DNA of 64,000 nucleotides from Candidatus Omnitrophota bacterium (GTDB lineage Bacteria; Omnitrophota; Gorgyraeia; Zapsychrales; Fredricksoniimonadaceae): NCBI GenBank assembly GCA_963828495.1, contig CAWHFJ010000017.1, positions 148,342 to 212,341 of the forward strand, read 5' to 3'. Shown piece by piece: positions 32,701 to 43,018 of this stretch (position 1 is its first letter; each line of letters starts with the position of its first letter). The notes under the pieces were generated by a model. It saw only the letters and a program-made list of their open reading frames with translations, ran no database searches and was not told where the DNA came from. The position numbers and the translations under genes were made by a program.

Positions 32701-33796
32701 TCAAGCAGCATCGACAACAGCTATGCCACAGGCAGTGTCAGCGGTAATCAGTATATTGGCGGCCTTGTCGGTTGGAATAATTCAAGCAGCATCGATAATA
32801 GTTATGCCACCAGCAGTATAAATGGGTCTTATAGAGTCGGCGGCCTTGTTGGTTATAATAATACAAGCAGCATCGACAACAGCTATGCCGCCGGCAGTGT
32901 CAACGGAAATGATGATGTGGGCGGCCTTGTTGGTTGGAGTAGTTTTTCAAGCAACATCGCCAACAGCTATGCTACAGGCAATGTAAGCGGGTTTGCTGTT
33001 GTCGGTGGTCTTGTGGGTAATAGTTGTGATTCAAGTAGCATCACCAACAGCTATGCCACTGGCAATGTAAGTGGCGGCAGTGGGAGTTATGATATCGGCG
33101 GCCTTGCTGGTTATAATGGTTATTTAAGCCGTATCGATAACAGCTATGCCAGTGGCAATGTAACCGGCAGCAGTAGGGTCGGCGGCCTTGTTGGTTATAA
33201 CACAAGCAGCATCGACAACAGCTATGCCACAGGCAGTGCAAGCGGTACTAGTAATGTCGGCGGCCTTGTTGGTTACGACAATAGTTCAGGCACCATTACT
33301 AATGCCTATTACACCGATTCCAATAATCAAAATGGCCTTGGCACATTTGATCCCAATGGTGCCGCGGACTTTTATTCTCCCTTAAATCCGGTTTATGCTA
33401 TAGGTACGGCAGGCGGATGGGACTTTTTTACTCCCATATGGGACAGCTATACGAATGAATTCCCTCATTTACATTGGGAACATCATCCAGGCAGTTTGAC
33501 TCCTTATTGGCTGGGGACAAATTCCAGTGATTTTGATACTGCGTCCAACTGGTCTAATGATGCTGTGCCGGGAGTTGCTTCAACGGCCATCATCGTAAGC
33601 GGGACCAATGAACCCATCCTCAGTATAGCTACTACATTAGCTAATTTACTCATGGGTTCCGGCATTTTCACTCAAGACGGTGCCCTGATTTTAACCGGTG
33701 ACTATACCCAGATTGGCGGAACATATGATCAAAACGCTAATCTTTCTATCGGTGCTAATTTTTCTCAGAGTGGAGGTGCTTTTGTTTCAAACCCCG

Positions 33797-34235
33797 CCAA
33801 TACTTTTACAGTGGGCAATAATTTTTCTTTAAGTGGAGGGACATTCAGCCGCTTTACCGGTTTAGGTACAGGGGGAATCCATATCTTGTTTATGACGTTT
33901 ATGGCCTTCAAGGAATGGAAGGATTTCTCTCGAGCACCTTTGGACTTGCGAATGACGTTGATGCAACAGTTACAAGCAACTGGAATTCAGGTGCAGGATT
34001 TACCCCTATTGGGAATAACTCCACACCATTCACCGGCACCTTCAACGGCAACAGTTACACGATATCTAATTTATTCATCAATCTTCCGACAACGAATGAT
34101 GTAGGTCTTTTGGGCTATACATCAGGGGCTACTATTGAAAATGTCGGACTGGTCAATGCCAATATTACTGGACAAAATAATGTCGGTGCGCTTGTGGGTT
34201 ATAATAATAACTCCAGCAGCATCGACAACAGCTAT
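33797..34235 (+). repeat. intragenic segmental repeat, copy 1 (linker class B end plus array entry)
   Basis: About 97% identical by eye to 35140-35580 (offset 1,343-1,344 bp). The copies differ in G-run length: G5 at 33871-33875 and G6 at 35215-35220. Confidence 0.8.
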
Positions 34236-35139
34236 GCCACCGGCGATGTAAGTGGTAATGCTGGCGTCGGCGGCCTGGTTGGTTTTAATTTCTTCGAGCA
34301 GCATCTCCAACAGCTATGCCACAGATAGTGTAAACAGTAACAATGTTGCCGGTGGGCTTGCCGGATATAATGTTAATTCAAGCAGTATTGACAACAGCTA
34401 TGCCACCGGCAATGTAAGCGGTAAAGTTTTAATGTCGGCGGCCTTGCCGGTGGATAATAATAATTCAAGCAGTATCGTCAACAGCTATGCCACCGGCAAT
34501 GTAAGTGGGGTCAGTAAAGTTGGTGGTCTTGTTGGTTTTAAATTATAATTCAAGCAGCATCACTAACAGCTTTGCCACGGGCAGTGCAAGCGCCAGTAGT
34601 AATGTCGGCGGGCTTGTTGGTTTAAAAAGTTCAAGTACCATTACCAATTCCTATTACACTAATTCCAGCCATCAAAATGGCCTTGGTATATTTGAATCCA
34701 ATGGTGTTTCAGACTTTTATTCTCTCTTTAATCCGGTTTACGCTATAACTTCGGCAGATGGATGGGATATCTTTACTCCCATATGGGATATTTATACGGA
34801 CCAATTGCCTCATTTACATTGGGAACATCATTCAGGCAACAGCAATCCTTTATGGCTGGGAACAAATTCCAGCGATTTTGATACGGCTTCCAACTGGTCT
34901 AATGATGCTGTGCCGGGCATTGGCTCAACGGTCATCATTTATACTGGGGCCAATGAACCCATCCTTAGTGAAACAACCACATTAGCTAATTTACTCATGG
35001 GTTCCGGCACTTTTACTCAAGACGGCGCCCTAACATTATCTGGTATTTATGTCCAAGGTGGGGGGACATATGATCAAAATGCCAATTTTTCTATTGAAGG
35101 CAGCTTCTTTCAGAGGGGGGAGCTTTTGTCTCAAACCCC

Positions 35140-35580
35140 GCCAATACTTTTACAGTGGGCAATAATTTTTCTTTAAGTGGAGGGACATTCAGCCGCTTTA
35201 CCGGTTTAGGTACAGGGGGGAATCCATATCTTGTTTATGACGTTTATGGCCTTCAAGGAATGGAAGGATTTCTCTCGAGCACCTTTGGACTTGCGAATGA
35301 CGTTGATGCAACAGTTACAAGCAACTGGAATTCAGGTGCAGGATTTACCCCTATCGGGAATAATTCCACACCATTCACCGGCACCTTTAACGGCAACAGT
35401 TACACGATATCTAATTTATTCATCAATCTTCCGACAACGAATGGTGTAGGTCTTTTTGGATATACATCAGGGGCTGCTATTGAAAATGTCGGACTGGTCA
35501 ATGCCAATATTACTGGACAAAATAATGTCGGTGCGCTTGTGGGGTATAATAATAACTCAAGCAGCATCGACAACAGCTAT
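35140..35580 (+). repeat. intragenic segmental repeat, copy 2
   Basis: See 33797-34235. Confidence 0.8.
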
Positions 35581-38500
35581 GCCACAGGCAGTGTCAGCGG
35601 CAGTGAAAATAGAGTCGGCGGCCTTGTCGGTTATAATGTTAATTCAAGCAGCATTGCCAACAGCTATGCTACCGGCAGTGTCAGCGGTAGTAGTGAAGTC
35701 GGAGGCCTCGTTGGTTATAGCAGAAATTCCAGCAGTATCTTTAATAGCTATGCCACCGGCAATGTCAGTGGTGGGAGTGGAAGTTGGAGTATCGGCGGCC
35801 TAGTTGGTTATAATAAAAATTTAAGCAGCATCTCCAATAGCTATGCCACCGGCAATGTCAGCGGTAGTAGTAATGTCGGTGGCCTTGTTGGTGAAAATAC
35901 TGATTCAAGCAGCATTACCAACAGCTATGCCACCGGTAGTGTCAGCGCCAGTAGTAATGTCGGAGGCCTTGTTGGTTTGAGTAAAAATCCAAGCAGTATT
36001 AATAACTCCTACTACACTGACTCCAATAATCAAAACGGCTTTGGCACTTTTGAATCCGGCGGAGTCGCGGCCTTTTATTCTCCTTTAAATCCGGTTTATG
36101 CGATAGGTTCGGCAGGTGGGTGGGACATCTTTACTCCTATATGGGACACCTATACGGACGAATTACCTCACCTGCATTGGGAAAATCATTCAGGCAATTT
36201 AAATCCTTTATGGCTGGGGACAAGTTCCGGCGATTTTGACACAGCTTCCAACTGGTCTACCGGTTCAGTGCCTGGCATTGGCTCAACGGTCATTATCGCA
36301 AATGGGACCAATGAACCCACCCTTAGTGAAATTACTACATTAGCCAATTTTCTCATTGGCTCCGGCACCTTTACTCAAAATGCGCTTTGACATTAACTGG
36401 TAACTATCTCCAAATTGGCGGCACATATGATCAAAATGCCGATTTTTCTATTGGTGGCAACTTCTCCCAGGGGGGCGGTGCTTTTGTCTCAAACCCTGCC
36501 AACACTTTTACAGTGGGCAATAATTTTTCTTTAAGTGGGGGGACATTCAACCGTTTTACTGGTTTGGGGACAGGGATGGACCCGTATCTTATTTATGACA
36601 TCTACGGCCTTCAAGGAATGGCAGGATTTCTATCGAGCATCTTTGGACTTGCCAATGACATTGATGCATCAACTGCAGACAGCTGGAATTTAGGTACAGG
36701 ATTTACCCCTATTGGGAATAACTCCACACCATTCACCGGCACTTTCAACGGCAACAGTTACACGATTTCTAATTTATTCATTAATCTTCCAACAACGAAT
36801 GATGTAGGTCTGTTTGGGTATACATCAGGGGCTACTATTGAAAATGTCGGACTGGTCAATGCCAATATTACGGGACAAAGTGGAGTCGGAGCTCTTGTTG
36901 GTTATGCTACTAATTCAAGCAGCATCGACAATGGTTATGCTACCGGCAGTGTCAGCGGAGCTAATTATGTCGGCGGCCTGGTAGGTTTGAGTGGTTCGTC
37001 AAGTAGTATTGACAATAGCTATGCTACCGTCAATGTAAGTGGTGTAAGTGGTAGTCTTGCAGTGGGAGGTCTTGTTGGTTTAATTTATTCAAGCAGTGTT
37101 GATAACAGCTATGCTAACGGCAATGTAAGCGGCACTAATAATATCGGCGGTCTTGTTGGTTCAAATTATAAGTCAAGCATTGATAACAGCTATGCCACAG
37201 GCAGTGTCAGCGGCAGTAATTCTGTCGGCGGTCTTGTTGGTTCAAATTATAATTCAAGCATTGGTAACAGCTATGCCACAGGCAGTGTCAGCGGCAGTGG
37301 CAATGTCGGCGGTCTTGTTGGTTCAAATTATAATTCAAGCATTGATAACAGCTATGCCACAGGCAGTGTAAGAGGAAGTGCTTATATTGTAAGCGGGAGT
37401 GGTAATGTTGGTGGCCTTGTTGGTGCTAATGTTTCAAGCAGCATCTCCAACAGCTATGCCACAGGCAGTGTCAGCGGAAGTAATTCTGTCGGCGGCCTTG
37501 TTGGTTATAATACTTCAAGCAGCATCGACAATAGTTATGCTACGGGCAGTGTAAGCGGGGATGGTACTAATGTCGGTGGCCTTGTGGGTTACAATCGAAG
37601 TTCAAGCAGCATTGACAATAGCTATGCCACCGGCAGTGTAAGTGGCAATAGTAATGTCGGCGGGCTTATAGGATATGACGATGGTAGCAATCCCCTGACG
37701 AATAATTGGTGGTACAATTCCCTAAGCCAAGGTATCGGCAACAATGCTTCCAATACAAGCGTTGGGTACTGGCAGGAGGCCGGTAGTGCCAGTGATTTCT
37801 TTAATTCAAGTCAGGCTGTCTACAATGGCACAAATCCATGGGATATCTCATCAACCACCGGCCATATCTGGGCGATGTCTGGCGACGATGATGCATATCC
37901 TCTGTTACAGTTCAGATATGCCACTGCCATCCAGGACGCCTATCAGCTTCAATTAATGTTCCTTAATTTAGGGGCGAGCTATAGCTTAGGCAACAATATC
38001 GATGCCGGCCAGACTCTAAACTGGAACTCAGGTGGCGGCTTTGCTCCTATTGGAATCAATTCTCCATTCACCGGCACCTTCAACGGCAACGGTTACACGA
38101 TATCCAATTTATTCATCAATCTGCCGTCAACGAATGATGTTGGCCTTTGGGGAGAGATAGTAGGCGCTGCCGTTGGGAATGTCGGACTGGTAAACGCTAA
38201 TATCACGGGACAAAATAATGTCGGTAGCCTTGTGGGTTTAAGTAATAATTCGAGCAGTATTGCCAACACCTATGCCACAGGCAGTGTCAGCGGAAATAAT
38301 CAAGTCGGCGGTCTTGTGGGTTTAAATAATAATTCAAGCAGCATTGCCAACAGTTATACCACCGGCAGTGCCAGCGGAAATAATCAAGTCGGCGGCCTTG
38401 TTGGCTCCAATGATGGCTCAAGCAGCATTACTAACAGTTTTGCTGTTAGCAGCGCAAGCGGTACTAGTAATGTCGGCGGTCTTGTTGGTGCCAACGATAG

Positions 38501-39833
38501 TTCAAGCACCATTACTAATGCCTATTACACCGATTCCAATAATCAAAATGGACTTGGCACATTTGATTCCAATGGTGCCGCGGACTTTTATTCTCCCTTT
38601 AACCCGGTCTATGCTATAGGCACTGCCGGACAGTGGGATTTTGTCTTTACTCCGGTATGGGATGCCTATACGAATGAACTGCCACACCTTCATTCTGAGG
38701 GCTACAGCGGCAGCGCGTATCCTTTTATGACTTGGCTGGGGACAAGTTCCAGCGATTTTGACACGGCTTCCAACTGGTCGACTGATTCTGTGCCGCAAGC
38801 CGGCTCAACCGTTATCATCAAAAGCGCAGCCAATGAGCCCATTCTTAGTGGGAGCACCACATTAACCAATGTGCTTATAGGATCCGGCATTTTCATTCAA
38901 AACGGTGCCCTGACTTTATCTGGTAATTATGATCAAGCCGGTGGAACGTTTGACCAAAACACTGATCTTTCTATTGCCGGCAGTTACACCAATGCCGGAG
39001 GGACTTTCAATGCCGGGACTCAACCCGTTACTTTCACAGGCTCAGGAGCTATTACCTCTGGTAGCACTTCTTTCAATAATTTAGCCATCAATGCTACAGG
39101 GACCTATGCTTTAGAGGGAACAACAACTGTGAACGGTAATTTAAATATTCAAGCAGGGTCATTAACTGCCCCATCGGGGGACCTAGATGTTTCGGGTGAC
39201 TGGATACATAGCGGCGGAACTTTTAATGCGAATAATGGGGATGTTGTCCTGACCGGTACCAATCAGCTAATCAGCGGGAACAATATTTTTTATGATTTAA
39301 CGAAAATAGACGGCGGTTTAGATACCCTGACATTTGCCGCCGGAGATACGCAGACTGTGACAGGCCAATTGAAATTAGCCGGTACAGATACAAATCAACT
39401 ATTGCTGCGTTCCACCAGTAGCCCCAGTAGGTGGCTGCTTAATTTGGAAGGCACACAAAATTTAAGCTATCTGAATGTCAAGGATTCACAGGCAATCGGC
39501 ATCAAAGCTAATTGTAGGGATAATTGTACAGATGCAGGTAATAATATCGGGTGGTTATTCCCACCGTTTACGTTAACAACTCAAGAGCAAGACGACTTAT
39601 TTAACGGTTATGATAACATGCAGCACATGTCTTTTGAGGGGAAGGCAGGGGGCGGCTATGGGCCGGGAGTGGATGTGTACTGGATTCCTTATGGGAAAAA
39701 CGGGACGACTGCTTATGATAGTGATGGTGATCAGAAGTGGCATTGGTTGTTAGCAGACCATGCGGTGCAAGAGTCAGAGAGTGTGAAGCTTTTACCTTCA
39801 TCAATGGATAGTTATATTCAATAGCGATTAACA

Positions 39834-41606
39834 ATGAATTCATCTTGCTTCAATGGGGATTATTGTGTCAATATGAATAAACGTTTTCTACTATTTTTCG
39901 GATTATTTTCAGTGGGGATGATAGCAGGACCGGCATTTGCTCTAGATCTTCCTGCCGGTATAAGCAGTGACATGCAAAGAGAAATAACCCAGCTGCAGGC
40001 AGAAGTGATTCAAGGCAAGGAGCGATTGGATCTTGAGCCGCAGGATTTGAAAAAAGCGGAAGTGCATGTGAAGCAGAATGAAGGGCCAAGCGAGTCGCAA
40101 GGTCCGGCGTTTAAAGTCAATGAAATTATATTTGAAGGGAATACCATTTTCCCGACTGAACTGTTACAATCGCTGGCCAAGCCTTATGAAGGCCGTGTCC
40201 TGTACTTAAAAGATTTTCAAGATTTGACGATGTTGATTACCTTGCGGTATCAAAGGGCGGGATACATAACCAGCCGGGCGTATATCCCGCCGCAAAAAAT
40301 GTACGATGGCAAGCTTGTTGTGGCTATTATGGAAGGAAAAGTGGGACGTATTTCTATGACAGGGAACCACTGGTTCTCAGACCATACTTACTTTGACAGG
40401 ATGAGTCTACAACAAGGGCAATTTTTTGATATACAGCAGTTAATGCTGTCTTTGCAGGACATCAACCAATTGCCGGATCGTGTCGTGAAAGCCTATCTTG
40501 AGCCGGGGAAAGAACAGGGGACATCGGATATTATTATCGTGGCCCAAGAGCAGAGCCCGTTGCATGCCTCGTATGAATACAATAATCGTGGGACGACGCT
40601 GACCCATCTATCGAGGGACATTCTTCATTTTACAGATAATAATTTGACCGGTCATGGGGACATGCTGCAAACGAGTGTGTCGATGGCGGACCAAAACTCG
40701 CTGTTAGGGGGTACGCTCCAGTATGTGCTTCCCAAGCCCAGAGAAGGCTTAACGTATTCATTGAGTGCAGGAGACAATTATAGCCGCCTAGAGAAGGATT
40801 TACGGCCATTGAAAGTGACCTCAACATCCTTTTTTGTGTCGCCCGGAGTGACGAAGAATTTTATCAAAACCTCGAACCTGAGTGTTGACGGATATGTCGG
40901 TTTTGAAATCAAAGATTCCAAGACCATGGTCGATCAAGACAAGTTGTCATTTGACCGTTCCCGGGTATTGGATATGGGGCCCAGGGTGGCCATAACTGAT
41001 AACTATGGCAAGACCTTTATGGCAGGAGACTTGCGTGGGGGAATACCGGACTTTTTAGGAGGGGCAGAGCTTCATGACCCTGAGGCTAGCCGTATTGATT
41101 CGGGAGGGGAATTTGTCTATATGACCAGCAGTGTGGACAGGATTAACCGGCTGCCTTTTGGATCTTATTTAGTATTGCATGGAGGAGGACAATACAGCCC
41201 GATGCCGTTAACCTCTTTGGAACAGTTTTATTTAGGCGGCATGTCTTCGGTGAGAGGATATCCTGAAAACGACAGTTCAGGAGACAGCGGATTAAACTTT
41301 TCAGCAGAGATACGTATCCCGCCTTACTTTATTCCGGCAGGATGGCATGTCATTAACAGCAAAGATAAAACGTGGCGAGAGGCGTTTTCGTTTGTAGCCT
41401 TTTTGGATGGCGGGCGGGTGTTTGATTACAAACGTCAGGACGAAGGCTCTGAAAAAGACAGGACGCTGGTGGGAACGGGTGTAGGGATCAGGTACTATGT
41501 AAGTCCGGACATCAATTGCCAGGCCGGCATAGGTTTTCCCATTGGGGACACCTCCAGTGATGATAAACACACAGAGCCGTATGTTTCGGCCAGAGTCGGA
41601 TTTTAA
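39834..41606 (+). CDS. ShlB/FhaC/HecB-type TpsB outer-membrane transporter (POTRA domains plus Omp85-like barrel)
   Basis: Signal peptide (MNKRFLLFFGLFSVGMIAGPAFA; the true start may be the ATG at 39873). POTRA-like VNEIIFEGNTIFPTELLQSLAKPYEGRVLYLKDFQDLTMLITLRYQRAGYITSRAYIPPQKM..GKLVVAIMEGKVG. Conserved barrel motif GGMSSVRGYPE. Terminal ...ARVGF. Confidence 0.88.
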   Translation: MNSSCFNGDYCVNMNKRFLLFFGLFSVGMIAGPAFALDLPAGISSDMQREITQLQAEVIQGKERLDLEPQDLKKAEVHVKQNEGPSESQGPAFKVNEIIFEGNTIFPTELLQSLAKPYEGRVLYLKDFQDLTMLITLRYQRAGYITSRAYIPPQKMYDGKLVVAIMEGKVGRISMTGNHWFSDHTYFDRMSLQQGQFFDIQQLMLSLQDINQLPDRVVKAYLEPGKEQGTSDIIIVAQEQSPLHASYEYNNRGTTLTHLSRDILHFTDNNLTGHGDMLQTSVSMADQNSLLGGTLQYVLPKPREGLTYSLSAGDNYSRLEKDLRPLKVTSTSFFVSPGVTKNFIKTSNLSVDGYVGFEIKDSKTMVDQDKLSFDRSRVLDMGPRVAITDNYGKTFMAGDLRGGIPDFLGGAELHDPEASRIDSGGEFVYMTSSVDRINRLPFGSYLVLHGGGQYSPMPLTSLEQFYLGGMSSVRGYPENDSSGDSGLNFSAEIRIPPYFIPAGWHVINSKDKTWREAFSFVAFLDGGRVFDYKRQDEGSEKDRTLVGTGVGIRYYVSPDINCQAGIGFPIGDTSSDDKHTEPYVSARVGF

Positions 41607-41615
41607 GGTGATCTT

Positions 41616-42170
41616 ATGATAAAACCGGAAGGTCTGCGCCGGACGCAGGGGTTTGTGGTATGGTTGACGGGTTTGCCCTGCGCAGGCAAAAGCGCTTTGG
41701 CCCGTGAACTGTGTCTTTATTACAAACACCAGGGCCGCTTGGTTGAACATCTCGACGGCGATGTTATTCGCGCTCTTTTCCCGACAGGCTTTTCACGTCA
41801 AGAACGTAACGACCACATTCGCAGGGTCGGGTTTATGGCATCGACGCTTGAAAACAACGGCGTGATTGTGGTGGCTTCTTTTATCTCTCCTTATCGTGAG
41901 GCGAGGGCAGATGTGCGTCGGATGTGCAAGCGTTTTATTGAGGTTTATGTTAAAACGTCGCTGGCAGAATGTGAACGTCGTGATACCAAGGGCCTCTACC
42001 GCCGAGCCAGGGCAGGGGAAATCAAAAATTTTACCGGCGTGGATGATCCTTATGAAGCCCCCCAGCAGCCTGAGATCGTCATAACGACCGACGGCGCAAC
42101 GCTTCAGGATTCTTTTTTAGATTTAAGGACAAAAATTGATGGATCATTTAGATCGTTTGGAAAACCGTAG
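41616..42170 (+). CDS. cysC: adenylyl-sulfate (APS) kinase
   Basis: P-loop WLTGLPCAGKSALAREL, then LDGDVIR and FISPYREAR blocks typical of APS kinase. 9 nt after the tpsB stop. Confidence 0.88.
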   Translation: MIKPEGLRRTQGFVVWLTGLPCAGKSALARELCLYYKHQGRLVEHLDGDVIRALFPTGFSRQERNDHIRRVGFMASTLENNGVIVVASFISPYREARADVRRMCKRFIEVYVKTSLAECERRDTKGLYRRARAGEIKNFTGVDDPYEAPQQPEIVITTDGATLQDSFLDLRTKIDGSFRSFGKP

Positions 42171-43018
42171 TATCTTCATTTTGCGAGAGGCCTATGCAAA
42201 GCTGAAGAATGTATGCATGCTTTGGTCCATCGGTAAGGATAGTACGGTGATGTTGTGGCTGGCCCGCAAAGCGTTCTTGGGGCATGTGCCTTTGCCTCTG
42301 GTACATATTGATACGCGCTATAAGATCCCCGAAATGATCGCGTATCGCGACCGTTTGACCCGGGAATGGAAGCTGGATATGGTTTATGGTGAGAATACAC
42401 AGGTCCTGGATGCTCACCAAACGTTCCCTGACGGCAAGATTGATCGGATCAACTGCTGCCGTCAATTAAAGACAGAGCCTCTGAAACATGTGGTCAACGC
42501 CACAGGTCCCGGTATCGTTTTGACCACACCCTTGACCGTTATACCATTGAAAAAAATCCTCAACCCTATAGCGGTGTCATCGCCGGGGTCCGTGCGGATG
42601 AGGAAGGCTCAAGGTCAAAAGACCGGTATTTTTCTATGCGCGATCGACAAAGCGTCTGGGATATTGCCGATCAGCCCCCTGAATTTTGGGATTATTTTAA
42701 TACAGAGGCGTCCCCGGGGGCGCATATCAGGGTCCATCCTTTATTGGACTGGACTGAATTGAATATTTGGGAATACATCGACCGGGAGAATATCCGCACA
42801 GTCTCGCTTTATTATGATCAAGGACAAGGCAAGCGCTATCGCTCGCTGGGGTGTTATCCCTGCACGTCACCTGTGGTGTCGAGTGCCGGAATCCTGCACA
42901 GATCGTCGAAGAATTGAAAACCGGCAAATTTGCCAAGGTCGCTGAACGTGCGGGGCGCTCACAGGATGCCGATGATGGGGGAGGGCTTGAAACACTACGG
43001 CGGGAAGGGTATATGTGA
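42136..43018 (+). pseudogene. cysD: sulfate adenylyltransferase subunit 2 (PAPS_reduct fold), two frameshifts
   Basis: MLWSIGKDSTVMLWLARKAF (frame 1). Then ...[26 protein letters not shown]...[15 protein letters not shown]...[13 protein letters not shown] (frame 3, entered at ~42505). Then [26 protein letters not shown]...LRREGYM (frame 2, entered at ~42888). The stop overlaps the cysN start. Confidence 0.85.

Larger units (their letters stand above)
14200..38520 (+). repeat. coding tandem arrays of GLUG-type units (75-84 bp; consensus VGGLVGyNxxSSIxNSYATGsVSGss)
   Basis: The array-entry motif PF.GTFNGN.YTISNLFINLP occurs near 14090, 15235, 16505, 17750, 19090, 20775, 22330, 23490, 25175, 26665, 27830, 29345, 31440, 32515, 34025, 35375, 36730 and 38070. 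The arrays I counted by hand held 8-15 units each. Confidence 0.85.
12625..39824 (+). pseudogene. giant two-partner-secretion cargo (TpsA-like) with 18 GLUG-repeat arrays, ~9,060 codons, carrying ~15 frame lesions (true decay or assembly error unresolved)
   Basis: The same repeat architecture continues through ORFs 12625-22992, 22989-23789, 24089-27343, 27330-27551, 27490-28056, 28777-34104, 33915-34328, 34252-34548, 34505-35176, 35155-36390 and 36387-39824. At each break the GLUG consensus is restored by adding or removing one nucleotide relative to sibling repeats. There is a single terminal stop at 39822-39824. Confidence 0.8.

Noticed and set aside
22850-36390. Programmed ribosomal frameshifting as an explanation for the tpsA frame changes.
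   Set aside because: The shift sites share no common slippery heptamer or downstream structure. They go in both directions and include a compensating pair and a nonsense codon. Each is explained by a 1-nt difference from sibling repeats.
14200-38520. Regular 75-84-bp periodicity that could superficially resemble a CRISPR array or satellite.
   Set aside because: The repeats are contiguous with no unique spacers. They are in-frame coding units of one protein, they show codon-level (third-position) divergence, and there is no leader or cas gene.
13961-38619. Dozens of 60-150-aa ORFs in the other + frames and on the minus strand inside tpsA. Examples are 13961-14362, 17006-17320, 19502-19825, 25578-26042, 26802-27104(-) and 38344-38619. 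Many encode hydrophobic ..SAALLV..TAMPPAVSAG.. or His/Cys/Arg-rich repeats.
   Set aside because: They are periodic by-products of the GLUG coding repeat: the unit aacagctATGccaccggcagtgtcagc carries an out-of-frame ATG and few stops. They have no independent RBS, and their periodicity equals that of the main frame. One useful side note: the off-frames are unusually stop-poor, so each indel gives a long hydrophobic tail rather than an immediate stop.
41301-41750. A 149-aa minus-strand ORF spanning the tpsB/cysC junction, plus other antisense ORFs inside well-supported genes. Examples are 2640-2996(-), 12553-12789(-), 42727-43158(-) and 47064-47543(-).
   Set aside because: They are antisense to genes with strong family motifs and have no RBS and no recognisable domains. 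They are treated as spurious.
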